From Thecamonas trahens ATCC 50062 (lineage: Eukaryota; Protista; Apusomonadida): 64,000 nt of DNA. The first letter of the stretch is position 1; every line of letters starts with the position of its first letter. The notes under the pieces were generated by a model. It made no database searches. It was not told where the DNA came from and worked only from the letters and a program-made list of their open reading frames with translations. The position numbers and the translations under genes are program-made. The stretch is from contig NW_013657677.1 in the NCBI RefSeq assembly GCF_000142905.1, positions 248,001 through 312,000 on the forward strand, written 5' to 3'. This document shows, piece by piece, positions 33,903 to 49,072 of the stretch.

Positions 33903-36900
33903 CTACCGAAGCGCTTTGGCGGCCTGGACGAGTCCCACCAGTGGGCTCCCGCTTGCACTTTCCACCTCGCCTGCATCGAGGTAACGCAGCATGTCCAGGA
34001 CTGCGCGACGGACAATCGGGCCCGCGCCACACGGCCCGCGGCTCGCCATCATGTCTTTCAGCCCGTCGACGACGCCTTCAAACGACGTCTTACCGGCGTC
34101 GACGTTGCCACTGGCAAGCGCCCCTGAGAGCTCACGGAGCGCTTTCGAGACCCGCTCGAGTGCCGCGCCGCGCGCCTCGGGTTCGCCGAGTGGGCTTGCC
34201 CTGTCATCGGGTCGCTGCGAGAGCTCGCGTACATGCTTGAAGAGCTCGACGAGATCACATAGTGCGGCGCGGATTCCGTCGAGCCCCTTGACCGACGAGC
34301 TCGACGCTTCTGTCGCCGACGACGACGGCGATGCCGAAAGTGCATCGCGGCTCTCGGCGAGGAGCGAGGCGAGACATAGTGCAGCGACGGAGGTGTGTAG
34401 CCGATCAAGACGAACAAATAACTTGTCGCGAGTCTCGGAAGCCAGCGAGATGAGTGCCATGCGGAGCGACTCGGCGGACGCGGTGGCTAACGCCCGCGCT
34501 ACATACCGGACATGGACGCTGAGGTGGTCGATGACCATGCTCATGGCCTGGCCGGACGCCGTCCGCCGCCGGGTCGACGGCTCGGCCTCTTCGGCAGCCA
34601 GCGCGAGCGCCTCAGCGCTCACGTTGAGCGCCGACGACGCTACTGTCTCCATCGATGCCTCAAACAGCGACGGATCGACCGACGCTGCCGACACCTCTTC
34701 TTCGACTACAAACTCGTTGAGCGTCGAGGTCCGCCCGCGGCGGCGCGATCCTCCCCGCCGGGCCGACACCAGCTCTTCGGCGTCGACCGAGACCTGCGCC
34801 GACACGGCGCTCTCCGACTCGGCCTCGGCAGCCTCCAGCCGCTTCTCGTGCTCGCGGATGTGGAACATGATGGCGCCGCGTGACGGCCGCTCGCGGATGG
34901 CCACTGGCAATGGTGGCGCATCCATGAGCTCGATCCATGCCTCGAGGTGCCGGATGGCGGCAACCTCGTCAACGGCCACCAGGCCAGTCTTGCGGTGGAG
35001 CGCCGCAAGCTGCCTTTTGCGCTGCTTGTAGAGCTCAGGCGCCGCGACATCGACCTCCATCAGTGACGACACCAGCGAGATGGCATCCTCCAGCCAGACG
35101 CGAGCATTCTCGCGTGGAGAGTTGAGTGCCGTTGTCACCAGATACATCACTGCCTGGTCCTGCAGCCGCGTCGAGTCCTGTGCCGAGCCGGCCGCTGGCA
35201 ACGCCGCCAGCCGCTGCTCCAGCTCCTCGCGTTGCTCCTGAAGGAGGAGCGAGACGGCAACCTGCTGCACTGTTGTTGAGGCGAAAAAGTAAGCACCTCG
35301 GCTTGATCGCCGGCGTCGGATCCGCGCCGCGAGCTGTTCTCCGACGGTATGCCGAGCTGGTGAGGTAGGCTGGACGGTTCGGAGCTCGACTCGTCGGCCT
35401 CGGTGTGGAAGAGGACCATGAGGTCCGGGCTGGACGTGGCCACCACCTCGCCCACAGCCTGCTCGCTCGTCTCGCCTGTGGCCTCGCGCACAAAGTCCAT
35501 GTGCACCAGAGCGTCCAGGTTGGCATTGATGAGCGCGCGCTCGTCGTCAGAGAGTGAGCTGCCTGACGACGGGTAGAGAGCAAGGACGCGGGCAAGCGAA
35601 AACTCCATGCCCACCACGGCCGCGACCTTAAGGGTGAGACCCTGCGATGGAGTGAGCCGGTCAATGCGCTCGGTGATGAACGACTCGATGGCGCCAGGCA
35701 CAGGTAGCGCCTCGAGGAGCCGCGCGGCGGCCAGCGAGTCGATCGCAGACAGCCTGCTCGCAGAACCATCCGGCTCCGACGCCGGTGCGGGTGGCGCAGC
35801 ATCGGCGTCCCACGCCAGCGCCAGTGACGACGCCAGTGCGCACACAAAGAAAGGGTTCCCGCCCGACTTTTCAAACAGCGAGACGGTGACCGCCGGCGGC
35901 ATGTCGCGCGCCGAGCCAAAGTGCGAGCCGAGTCGAGTCGCGCGAAGCTGCTCGGCCGCAAGCTCGCCCACCGACTGGACAGAGAGCGGGAGAAGACGGT
36001 GGTGGACAACGTTGGGTTGGGCGAGGAGCTCGCCGTAAAACTTGGGCACCGGTGGTGCGTAGTTGGTGACGGTGGCGACGACAAAGATAGCGCCGGTCAA
36101 CCGCGGCGCTTGCACCAGGGCCCACAGCAGCTCGCGCGACGGCGAGTTGAAGCAGTGCAGGTCTTCGACAAGGAGCACGACTTGCGCGCGGGCATTACGT
36201 CCGGCCTCTCTGTCGGACGGAGCCGCCGCTGCTGCATACGCAAAGTGAGGATGGACGACCGGAAAGTGCATCGAGTGCTCGTTGGGACCGTGCGGGGTGA
36301 TGGCCGGTGAGTCGCCCGAGACATGGGTCACTGTATCCCAAAACCACTCGAGAATGTCGATGAGAAAAGCGACGGTGGCGGCAATGCGCGCCCGGCCGTG
36401 GAGCTTCTCGGTGTGGGTCGACTCGGGCAGGACCGAGAGCGGGATGCCCAGGAGTTTGCGGAGTAGCGGGAGCCGCTTAATGAGTGCCCACTCGGAGGAG
36501 AAGAGGTCAGTGAGGGTGGCAACCTGGGCCCGCGGGTCGGCGTCAGCGCCATCGAGACCGGTCTCGCCGAGAAGGAGGCGGGCAAACATGGCGCGGAACG
36601 GCGCAAACCATGTCCGCTGGTCGAGCGGTCGCCCTGTGACGGTAAAGACAAATAGCGGACGCGCCAGCGACTCAAATGCTTTTGCTTTGTCGAGCAGCGG
36701 CAGGAGCGCCGATGATGACGAGCCGAGAACGGTCGACGCCCGGCGGGCAGCGGCGGCCTCGGACGCCCGGCGCGCAGCCGACGACGTGGCTGTGCCACCG
36801 GATGCCTGACGGAGACTCGGCGCGTAGAGGAGCTCGCCCGAGGTGAGCGTGGCGAGAACCTCGGCGAGGATGCGGGTCTTGCCAAGACCAGCAGCGCCTT

Positions 36901-39857
36901 CGAGAATGACAAACGACTTGCGGAGCAAGTCGTCCTCGCTCCGGTTGTGAGCGTGGCCAGCGAGCGAGGAAAAGCCATGAAAGGTGGACGCTGCTCGGAC
37001 GGCGTCGCTGGCACGGTGGAGGAAGCCGTGCAGGGTCTCGTGGACCAGTTCAAGCTCGGGGCCGCGGCCGACAAGCGGGACAGCAGAGTCGAGTGATGAC
37101 GGCAGGTGAAGGGCCGGGCTGGGCGCGTCCGAGAAGCTAAAGTCAGGCGAGTAGACGGTAACCGGTTCGGCCTTGCCCTTGAGCTTGAGCGGCGGACGGC
37201 GCATGAACGTCATGTTGGGAATGTGAGCGAGGACACCAGTACGGGTGGCCTCGTCGACAATGACACCGCCCTTGGCCGAGGCCATGAGCCGGGCCGCGGT
37301 GTTGACCACATCGCCGATGACAGTGTACTCGCGGCGCGCGTCCGAGCCAACCACGCCACAAAAGGCCTTGCCGGTGGTGATTCCAATCGACGGGGTGAAG
37401 CCAAGGTTGGTCGACATCAGCTCGCACGCCATGAGCGCGGCAAGGAGGGCGCGAAGCGGATCGTCCTGGTGCGACGCTGGCTGCAGGCCAAAGACCACGA
37501 GAAGAACGCAGCCCTTGTCGTCGAGCAGAACCTTATTGAGCTCGCCCTCGTACACACCCAGGGCAGTCTGGACCATGTGAACAAGGGCTTGGAGCGAGGC
37601 AAGCGCCGGCGAACCGACCTCGAGGCACAACGACGACGGCACGCCGATGAACATGATCGAGAGGCGGCGGAGCTCGGCGACGAGGTGCTTGCGGCGGTAG
37701 TAGAGCGAGACGGTGCCGGTGATGCGCTGAACTACGCGCGGGACGTACTGGCGGAGCTGGACCTCGGTGCCGGCAGCGAGGACTGGCTGGCAGAGTGGAA
37801 GGAGCTTGGGCACCTTTTTCGGCTTGCGTATGCCGGTGATCTGGACGTGGCCGGCCTTTTTGTCGAGGAGCGTGCCGTCCATGAACGATTTGGTTGCCGA
37901 CCAGACCGCAGGCATGACAACCAAGCGGTCAGGCGAGGCGGCTGAGAGCGCCGGCCCAAGGCTGTAGAGTGGCTCGCCGACAATGAGGTACTCCCACTGG
38001 TTGGCGAGGCCGCCGACCTGGCAAATGGCGAGGTTCCCGGCGTTCATGGCGACGTGCAACCGCATAGCCGGATCGGGCCGCATCGTCGGCGAGTTCATCG
38101 ACTCACAGATTTCCAATGCCGCCACAGTGGCACGCTGGACAAGCTCGCGCTTGTGCGGCTTGGAAACTTCGAGGAACGGCGCCGAGGCTGAGGCTGATGA
38201 GCCCGGTGCGGCAGATGGCGATGGTAGGACGCCCGGTGGTGGATCATCGCCCGCCACCAGCGGGAGCACCAGCTCCGAGGCCTGGTGCGGGATCCACGGC
38301 GCGGTTCGGCCCTCACTCAGCGCAAGGGCAGACGCGGCGTCGTAGCCGGCCTCGGTCAGGCCCCACACGGCGAGGAGGGCGTCGCCAGCAAAGGTAATGA
38401 TGTCGCCGCCGTGCTTGTGGACAATGGCGATGAGCGAGTCAAAGTACGCGTTGAGCATGCGGACTAGCGACTCGACGCCGTGCGGCTGCTGAGCGAGCCG
38501 CTCGGTCAGCGGCGTAAAGCCCGAGATGTCGCAAAAGACAACAACGCCGTAAACGGAAAGGCCGACGCGCTGGCCTCAGCACTGGTGGTGGTGCGGGGAG
38601 CCCAGGCGCTTGAAGACGCGCCGGCAACCGAGGTCAGTGTCTCACCGAGCGAAGCAGCTCTGCTGAGCTCGGAGGCCGATCGGGCATGCGCAGCCACGCA
38701 CGACGCCGCCAGCGCCGACGGGATATACGACGCCAGAATGGCCGAGACCGAAGTCGGATCGCTCTCACCAACCACAGTGGTGGTGCGGTAGCGGTAAGGC
38801 TGCGGCTCGTCCTTGAAGGGGATGATCGCCGAGACAACATGGTCGAAGAGATGGGCATGGGTGCGGATGGCCTCGCCGATGGCGACGGCCGAGAGCCGGC
38901 TCGACGCCCAGCCGGCGACAACCAGCCAGTCGACAGCGGCGTCGCCGAGGAAGACGTTCTTGTACTTGCGCAGCCGGATCTTGTATGACCGGGTGACGAC
39001 GGCAGCCTTGAAGGCCTCGACAAGCGAGGCAAAGACCACAGGGTCGTCGAGGCGGGCCAGCTCGGCATCGGCCACCGAGTCGCTTGCCGGCGCGCGCGCC
39101 AGGGACTCGTGGACAGGTACATCGTCACCCTCTATCGACGACGCCGCCAGGACCTGGGCAATCGAGGTAGACTTGGCGTCGTCCTTCCACACCGTGTACA
39201 GCAGCGTCTCAGACGGGACCTTGAGCGCCTTGAACGAGCGCCGCCGCGAGAGTTTGCCATGCTCGTGCGAGCAGAGCCGGAGTGTGACCGAGTTGAGGAC
39301 CGGGATCCAGAGGGCGGCAATGAGGTCGACAACAACCTCGGGTGTGTCCTCGGGCATCACCTCGACAACGACCTTGTTCGACGTCGGCCGGTCGAGAACA
39401 ACCAGCCGGAGCAGCCGCGAGGCGTCAGCGATGGCCGCGGCAGCGGTTGTTCGGAGCGGCACGCCGGCAGCAAAAGTGATCGGATGGAGAATGAGAGTGT
39501 CCGGGAGAACGTCGCCGAACAGGGTGCCGAGAGGCGATTCCGGTGGTGCGAGGCCGGAGAGCAGGCCCCAGCCGGCCGGATTGGCCAAGGCGTAATGTGC
39601 GCTAGGCGCCGAGAGCGCGGTCTGTGCCTTTGCCAGGAACGATCCCAGTTGCGTAGCAGGCTCGGCTCTGATGCGGACAAGCTTTGGCTCACGACCGGCC
39701 AGCACGACTTGAATACCCAGCTCTGGAGCTGTGTTGTCTGCCAGCGACCGTGCAAGGGCCACAACCGAAGCGCGGACGCATGGCGGGAGTAGGTGTGGAC
39801 AGGCGAGGGCAGGTGAGGGTCTGCCGCGCACGGCTTGCCGCACCCAATGCACGCCAT
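33903..39857 (-). CDS. Soluble-adenylyl-cyclase (ADCY10)-like protein: Ubl-like - DEP - two class III cyclase domains - STAND/AAA ATPase - helical tail; -1 frame breaks at 38551-38553 and about 35284-35292; start uncertain
   Basis: DEP: YKIRLRKYKNVFLGDAAVDWL...HVVSAIIPFKDEPQPYRY. C1: VVVFCDISGFTPLTERL, GGDIITFAGDAL. C2: ELRRLSIMFI, NKVLLDDKG, REYTVIGDVVNTAARLM. Walker A GAAGLGKT, Walker B LLVEDLH, then SGGNPFF, ERIDRL and FASTTVQQVA..LL..QR. Confidence 0.88.
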
Positions 39858-40395
39858 GAAGGGAGGGGAGTGCGTGAGGTGGAGGTGCCGAGTGTGGCGC
39901 CTATGGTGGCTTTGGGGCAAGGGGGAGGGGCTGACCGGAACGGAGCGACGGCGGCGCGGGACAACCAACGAACATCAATAGTCTGCCGAGCCGGTTGACG
40001 GCAGTCTCGGTTGGCGCGGGGAACAATGGTGGTGTGGAAGTTTGAATAAATTTAGAGTTCGAGTCACGGCACAACTTGTGAGTGTGGCCGACTACTCAAT
40101 TGTGCTGTAGCCCACATCGATGGCTGTCGACGGATGTACGCTGCCTGGCTTGTCTGCTCTGACTACGCTACTTGCCATGATACCGTTTGAATGTGGTTGG
40201 GGCCCATGCCCAGCTCACACCCAGCCGTAGCGGCGTATCACAAACAAAAACGAGCGGCGACTGTGTGCCGTGACATCCGTTTCCCCCGCCAACGACCACA
40301 CCCGCTCGGCGGGCGCGGCCACCAGGCGCACACCACCAGCGCCACAACAGAACGGGTTATAGACGGAACCGCTTGACGCCGAGAGAGGATCACTC

Positions 40396-42407
40396 ATGCC
40401 GTCTCCCTCTTCGTCAGCGGCAAGAACCCGTGCCTACCGCAACACCACCGTCGGCTCGGCCCGCCCGCGGGTCTCGCCGGCAGCGCCCTCGCGGGCCCGC
40501 TACACAGCGTCGTCGCTGCGGGCGGCGGCGGGCAGCGGCGACGACTCGTACTCGCGGCGGAACGGAGCAAGTGCCGAGCCGAGCGGGGCTTTGCAGGCGA
40601 CGCGGGGTGTGGCGACGGCTCCGCATGCCCACAAGCACCGGCGCATTGTGTTTCGGGCGCCAGGCGCCGATGCCGGTGCTCCGCCGCAGGCCCGAGTCGG
40701 CCTGGTTGACGAGGCAGGCGGCGGCGATGGGCGACCGGGTAGCGTGGGCAGCAAGCGGCCGGGGGCGCTGGCACTGGCCCGGGCCCGAGCGGCGACTACT
40801 CGTGGCTCGCCACGGGTCTCGTCACCGTCAACCGAGACCTCGGCCCGTATCGCCCGCCTCACGTCCGAAATGGAGGCGCTGGCCATGTCGGGCGGAGAGG
40901 TTGGCAGCGATGTCGAGGCGCGCAAGCCGTACTACGGCTCATTTGAGTCGATCCGATTCTCGCCGCGATCATCATCGCCGTCGCCGGGACTGGCGTCGCT
41001 GGCCGGCTCGGCAACTACGGCCTCGCCGTACGCCACCACCCGGGCGAGCGGCGTGCCGCGGTCGAGCCGGCCGGCAACGGCAGGCGCAGGCGGTGTGTAC
41101 TCGGGCTACGCCCCGTACTCGGGATCGCACGAGACGCTGCCACCGCCGTCTCCATCTCCGGCAGTCTCATCGGCTGTGGAGGCGCTCCGGGCCTCGCTCC
41201 GCTCGGCGAATGCCAACGTGGTGCCGCGCCCGGCCGAGCCGCGCCCGGCGAGCGCTGCGGCGGCGTCGAGTAGTCGCGGCTCGTGGGAGGACCGACTGCA
41301 GCTTCTGGAGGATGCGCGGCGGAAGCGGTTGTTGCGGGCCAAGGCGCAGGCCGAGCGCGACGATGCTCGTGCGAGGGCACGTGCCACCGAGTCGTGGGAT
41401 GAGCGGCGGGCGCGGCTGCTGCGCGAAGCTGACGCCAAGGCGGCCGAGGCGTCACGTGCTGCAGGTGTCGGCGGCCCGCGGGCACGGCGCCGGGTAGGCT
41501 TTGAAGCAGCCAGTGTTAGCTCGGGCTCGAGCTCGGCGAGCGCAAGCGGCTCGGCTCGAAGCAAAGCCCGACCGTCAAGTGCGTCGGCGAGCGGGCGGAT
41601 GCAGACGTTTAGCGAAGTCGGCGTCGCCGAGCATGCAAACCCCAAGTGGCGGCGGACCATGGAGGACGCGCACGTGGCGGTGGCGGCGCTTGGCGGCGAC
41701 CCATCGCTCTCGTTTTTTGGCGTGTACGACGGGCACGGCGGCCGGGGCGCGGTCGACTACATCGAGGCCACGCTCCACAAGGACGTCATCCGTGAGCTCA
41801 AGCGGATCCGGACCGATTCGGACGAGGCCATCACCCGCGCTGTCCACAAGGCGTATCTAGCGACTGACAGCTCGATGGTGGCGGCGGTCCACGATGACTC
41901 TGGATCGACGGTTGTCACCGCACTCATCCGGGTCACGCCGCACGGCGAGCGCAAGCTGTACGTAGGCAACGCCGGCGACGCGCGGGCAGTGCTCTGCCAA
42001 GAATCGATCACCGGGTACGGTGTCCTCGCCAAGCGGCTCTCGTACGATCACAAGGCGTGCGACAAGGGCGAGGCCGAGCGTGTCCGACGGTCGGGGGCTT
42101 TGTCTCCATGGGCCGCGCCGACGTGGCCCGGGTCAACGGGACGCTGGCCATTGCGCGCGCGCTCGGCGACCACTCGATGAAGCGGCAGGTCATTCCAGAC
42201 CCGTATCAGACGGCAACGACTGTTCGCGCCGACTCCAAGTTCCTCATTGTGGCCTGCGACGGCCTGTGGGACGTGATGGAAGACGACCAGGCCGTCCGCC
42301 TCGTCTACGGCATGGACTCGGCCCAACACATGGCCCAGCGGCTGGTCGACGAGGCCATGCGCCGCGGCACAACCGACAATGTCACCGTCATGGTGGTCAT
42401 TCTTTAG
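40396..42407 (+). CDS. PP2C (PPM) protein phosphatase with long disordered N-terminus; -1 frame break at G-run 42093-42097
   Basis: RRTMEDAH, FFGVYDGHGG, SGSTVV, YVGNAGDARAVL, LSYDHK, RVNGTLAIARALGD, FLIVACDGLWDV, GTTDNVTVMVV. Confidence 0.92.
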
Positions 42408-42421
42408 CCCTTGGCACTTCA

Positions 42422-42481
42422 GTCGTTTAGGCGGATGGTCGTGCGTCTCAAAGTGAACATCACATGTCGGCGTTTGATGGC
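42422..42481 (+). promoter_or_regulatory. Putative 3'-UTR stem-loop element, copy 2
   Basis: GATG-G-TCGT-[GCGTCTCAAA]-GTGA-A-CATC hairpin at 42434-42461, with the same loop as 11740-11749. Confidence 0.55.
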
Positions 42482-42506
42482 AGCGTCCACTCTCCACTAC
42501 AAATGG

Positions 42507-44741
42507 CTAAAACCCAGAGTCGTCTGATCCATGCTCGTCGTCCGAGTCCGAGTCGGTGACCAGCAGCGGCGTGTGCTGGCTCGCTCCAGTGACAGCAGCG
42601 ACAGGCTGTGGCGCAAGGCGATCACGGGACGCGACCCGCGGAACAGGTCTCGGGGCAGGCGAGGCGAGACCAACACCCGAGCCTGCAGATGTGGCCACCG
42701 CCGAAGCTGGGCCCGACGACGCACCCATGGCGCCGTGGACGGTATCAGAGAACGTGTTCTGGATCTGCGAAATGAGGAGGGCCTCGGTGGAGCGGAGCCG
42801 GCGGACGTGGGCCTCGCGCTCGCGCTGCAGGTCGAGGCCTGCGCGGCGAAGCGCGTCCTCGAGCTCGGCGATGCGAGCGTGGAGTGCGCCGGTCGAAGCT
42901 TCATACTCGGAGCGGAGGCGGCGCTCGCGCGAGGCAGCCGACTCGAGCTCGCCCTTGAGCGAGTCGACCTGGGTCCGCAGTGTTGTCCGGGCCGACTGCA
43001 GTGATTCGACCTGGTGCTGCCACTTGTCGAGCTCGTAGCGCAGGTTGGTCTTGTCTTCCTCAAGCCGCTCGCGTGCGCGGTTGCTCTCCTGCAGCTGCGA
43101 GCGGAGCGAGGCCGCCGCCGCCGCCGCCGCCTCATCGGCACGAGCGGCTTGGCTGTGGGCCTGGCGCAGAGCGTCCTGGGCGTCGGCAAGCCGCAGAGTC
43201 GCGTCATCGCGGGCCTCCTCGGCGAGCTTGAGCGCATGCTTGTGGGCTGTGAGCCGCGAGGCGACCTCGCGCTCAACGGTGGTTTCTTGCGCGGCAACAA
43301 CCTCTTGGAGCTGCTGCTGCAGCGAGGACGAGCGCTCGCGCTCGGCCGAGAGCGCGCGTGACGTGGCAGTGCGGTCGGCAAGCGCCTCCTCGAGCTTGGC
43401 GTCGTAGCGCGCGAGCTTCGAGTTCATCTGCTCGTGCATGTCGCGGACAGCGTCGGCATGCTCTTGGCGGAGCGCAGATACCTGGTCGGCACGGGCCTCT
43501 TCAGCGGCGCGGACCTGTGCGCGGACGGCATCGATGCGCTCGTCAGCCGAGGCGCGGGCGGCCGAGAGTGCAGCTGAGAGTTCATCGGCAAGGGACTTGA
43601 ACTCGTCGGCGCGCGCCTGCGCGCGCAGCGTGTCGGCCTGGGCCTCGGCAAGCTCGGCATCGGCGGTGCCGCGGGCGGTGCGGAGGCGAGCCTCGAGGTC
43701 GGCAATCGTCGCCCGCTCGGCGAGGAGCTTTTCCTGCAGTGAGGCAACGAGGTGGGTCGACTCGGTTCGCTCATGCAGCAGCGCCGATTCCATATCCATG
43801 GCCGCCCGCTGCGCCAGCGACTTGGCCTCAAATATGTCATTCATCTTGGTCTCCAGATCAAGGAGCTTGGCCTGGCCGGGCGTGTAGCTTGGCTTGGAGC
43901 CAGGATGGGGCGAGGAGTAGCTTGAGGAGGCTGCAAGCGTGTTGGGGGCGAGTGCCGCAAGCGGCGTCCGAGCCTTGGTTGCCGACGCCGGTGTGCGCGC
44001 TGGCGACGTGCCCGACGCGACAGCGTTGGCAGCGAGACGAGCGGCGATGGCCTCGACCACGTCGGTCGGCACCTCGTTGCCGGCGAGGTCGAGGCGGGTG
44101 AGGGCCGAGTTGTTGGCGAGCGCCTCGACGAGGTAGCGGCCGCCCATGATGCCTGCGTTGTTCCACCGAAGGTCCAGAGTCCGCAGCGAGGTGTTGGTCT
44201 TGAGCGCCGACGCCAAGGCCTCGACACCTTGAGGGCCAACCCGGTTGTTGCGGAGATCGAGCATGGTGAGCGAGCCGTTGACGGCCAGCGCGTCGGCAAG
44301 AGCGCGGATGCCGACGTCCCACACCCCGATCGAGTTCCACTCCAGAAGCATGGTCGAGAGCCCTGGAGGACCGTCACGGAGCAGGCGAGCGAGGGCGAGG
44401 GCGCCGTCGGTGCGGATGTTGTTGCCGCGGACGTCGAGCTTCTCCAGCGGGGTGTAAGCGACAAGACCCTGGACAAGAGCCACTGCGCCATCGTCGCCAA
44501 GAAAGCAATCCGAGACGTCGACAATCGTCACAGCAGAGTCTCCAACCTCGCCGTGGTTCGCCTGCCAGCACAGTGCGGCCGCCAGGGCTGTGCATGTCCG
44601 TGGCGCGAGGTGGACCGACGAGAGGGTCAACGTGCCCGACGCCGCTGCCGCAGTGAGGGCCGACGCCACTGCTGACGACGGCTCGACCCCGACACGAGTA
44701 CACTCGCTGGTAAAGGCGGATGCGAGGGAGGAGGAGGACAT
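42507..44741 (-). CDS. LRRC45: Leucine-rich repeat-containing protein 45 (centriolar LRR + coiled coil)
   Basis: LLEWNSIGVWD...LDLRNNRV...LDLRWNNAGIMGGRYL...LDLAGNEVP closely follows the LRRC45 repeat series. Long C-terminal coiled coil. Confidence 0.85.
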   Translation of the reverse strand: MSSSSLASAFTSECTRVGVEPSSAVASALTAAAASGTLTLSSVHLAPRTCTALAAALCWQANHGEVGDSAVTIVDVSDCFLGDDGAVALVQGLVAYTPLEKLDVRGNNIRTDGALALARLLRDGPPGLSTMLLEWNSIGVWDVGIRALADALAVNGSLTMLDLRNNRVGPQGVEALASALKTNTSLRTLDLRWNNAGIMGGRYLVEALANNSALTRLDLAGNEVPTDVVEAIAARLAANAVASGTSPARTPASATKARTPLAALAPNTLAASSSYSSPHPGSKPSYTPGQAKLLDLETKMNDIFEAKSLAQRAAMDMESALLHERTESTHLVASLQEKLLAERATIADLEARLRTARGTADAELAEAQADTLRAQARADEFKSLADELSAALSAARASADERIDAVRAQVRAAEEARADQVSALRQEHADAVRDMHEQMNSKLARYDAKLEEALADRTATSRALSAERERSSSLQQQLQEVVAAQETTVEREVASRLTAHKHALKLAEEARDDATLRLADAQDALRQAHSQAARADEAAAAAAASLRSQLQESNRARERLEEDKTNLRYELDKWQHQVESLQSARTTLRTQVDSLKGELESAASRERRLRSEYEASTGALHARIAELEDALRRAGLDLQREREAHVRRLRSTEALLISQIQNTFSDTVHGAMGASSGPASAVATSAGSGVGLASPAPRPVPRVASRDRLAPQPVAAVTGASQHTPLLVTDSDSDDEHGSDDSGF

Positions 44742-44944
44742 GGGTGGGGGGTGGGGTGGGTGGTTGGGGTTGGGGAGGGGCGGTGATCGGTGTGGCGAAT
44801 GGCGAATGGCGCCAAAGTTCGGCGCCGAATGGAGGGGACCGGGTGGGGGCGGGCGTTTACGCGCAAGTCAGCCTGACCTGCGTCAGACGCTTTTAGCTCG
44901 AGTAGCAGGAGCAAGGCCTGGACATGTACATGTCATGTCGGCAA

Positions 44945-47694
<2,750 letters not shown>

Positions 47695-48169
47695 CTCTTA
47701 ACTGTAGTCTTGAGAGTCGAATACTCAACCACACCCCAAACCTGCCCCAAGCCTCAGCCTCGTCTTCCTGCCATCTGCCAAGCTTCTCCTCTATTGCCTG
47801 CCCTCCCAAAAATCGCCAACATTTTCGGTTGCCATAAAAGCCACAGACGGCAGCCGACATGAAACGAGCGGACGACTTGGGCCAGACCACTTGGACTAGC
47901 ATGATTGCACCAACTCGGCATCGTGTTCGTCGAGCAATCGCCGCTGCTAGTGAACGAGCACTCTGAGCCTCCGGAGGCTTGTGTTACGAGGTCCTGCACG
48001 TCAGCACGAGCCCATCTTCGACGTCCGCGATTGCGGCTTGGTCCTGGCGCGGTCCGAGCTGGGTCGCTGTCACAGGTCGGCGTGGTGTGGCCGAGACCGA
48101 GGCCGTGCAGAGGCCAGAACGTGCTCACTCCTCTTTGGACCTACAGGGTACCACGTACTCGAGACTATC

Positions 48170-48964
48170 ATGTTGAGTGCAGTGCGGACGGCCATGGCGG
48201 CTGTTGCGGGCATGCGGACGGTGGCGACGACGGTGGGCAAGGCAGCGACGGGCAAGGTGGCGGCGGCAGACAAGGCGGTGCCCGAGGTGTACGAGCTGCG
48301 GACGTACGCTATCCAGCCGGCGCACTTTCCGGCATTTATGAAGCTGACGGGCGAGAAGATCGGCCTGCGAACGGCGGTCTCGCCGCTGCTGATGTACGGG
48401 GCGACCGAGATCGGCGGCGCCAACGAGGTGGTGCATCTGTGGAAGTACCCGAGCCTGGCGGAGCGGCAAGGTGTGCGCGTGGCGCTGGCGGGCGCGGCCG
48501 AGTGGAACGCCGACTACATGGACGTCATGCGGCCGATGCTTGCCGGGCAGACGAACCTGACGCTCTCGCCGCCGGGCTGGGCCGGGCCGACCGCCGAACC
48601 TGTGGCTGGCGAGCCAGCCGGCGCTGTCTACGAGCTGCGCATTCGCTCGTTGCAGTGCGGCATGGCCGATGCCTGGTCCGAGCTCCTCCGTGAGGCTCTG
48701 CCCTCGCACCCGGCCGGCGACGCACTGTGGGCAAACCTCATGGCCACAGTCGGCCCGCACGGCGAGTCTGCGGCTGTCGAGATCTGGCGTTTCGACTCGT
48801 TTGAGGCCCGCGACGACGTCCTGGCCTGCCTCGGCCAGCCGGGCGTCATGCCGCCGTCGGACGAGGCCACCGCCTGGCACAATGCTATGGAGGACTCGTT
48901 CCTCTACGTTGAGCACGAGGCAACCAAGCTCATTCTGCCGGCGCCGTTCTCGCCGTCCCAGTAG
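48170..48964 (+). CDS. NIPSNAP: NIPSNAP-family protein with mitochondrial-type presequence
   Basis: MLSAVRTAMAAVAGMRT presequence; VYELRTYAIQP, TEIGGANEVVHLWKYPSLAER; second repeat VYELRIR; C-terminal LILPAPFSP. Confidence 0.88.
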   Translation: MLSAVRTAMAAVAGMRTVATTVGKAATGKVAAADKAVPEVYELRTYAIQPAHFPAFMKLTGEKIGLRTAVSPLLMYGATEIGGANEVVHLWKYPSLAERQGVRVALAGAAEWNADYMDVMRPMLAGQTNLTLSPPGWAGPTAEPVAGEPAGAVYELRIRSLQCGMADAWSELLREALPSHPAGDALWANLMATVGPHGESAAVEIWRFDSFEARDDVLACLGQPGVMPPSDEATAWHNAMEDSFLYVEHEATKLILPAPFSPSQ

Positions 48965-49072
48965 CAGGTAAACGCCAGCGGAGACAGCAGACACGGCACA
49001 CACGTGGTGACCCGAGACTGCCTACAGACGATGCAACGAGAATAAACGAGCTCGACTCGGCTAGGTTCTTCT

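Noticed and set aside
40005-40072. B-box-like GTTCGAGTC at 40057-40065 (possible tRNA or SINE)
   Set aside because: No cloverleaf, acceptor stem or convincing A box could be built.
42422-42481. Shared 3'-UTR stem-loop considered as a SECIS element
   Set aside because: It lacks a proper UGAN/NGAN quartet with an 11-12 bp helix and apical AA, and neither upstream gene has an in-frame UGA.
44861-44934. Short palindromes and hairpins between the M23 gene and LRRC45 (GACATGTACATGTC)
   Set aside because: Short and single-copy, with no supporting context; compatible with chance.
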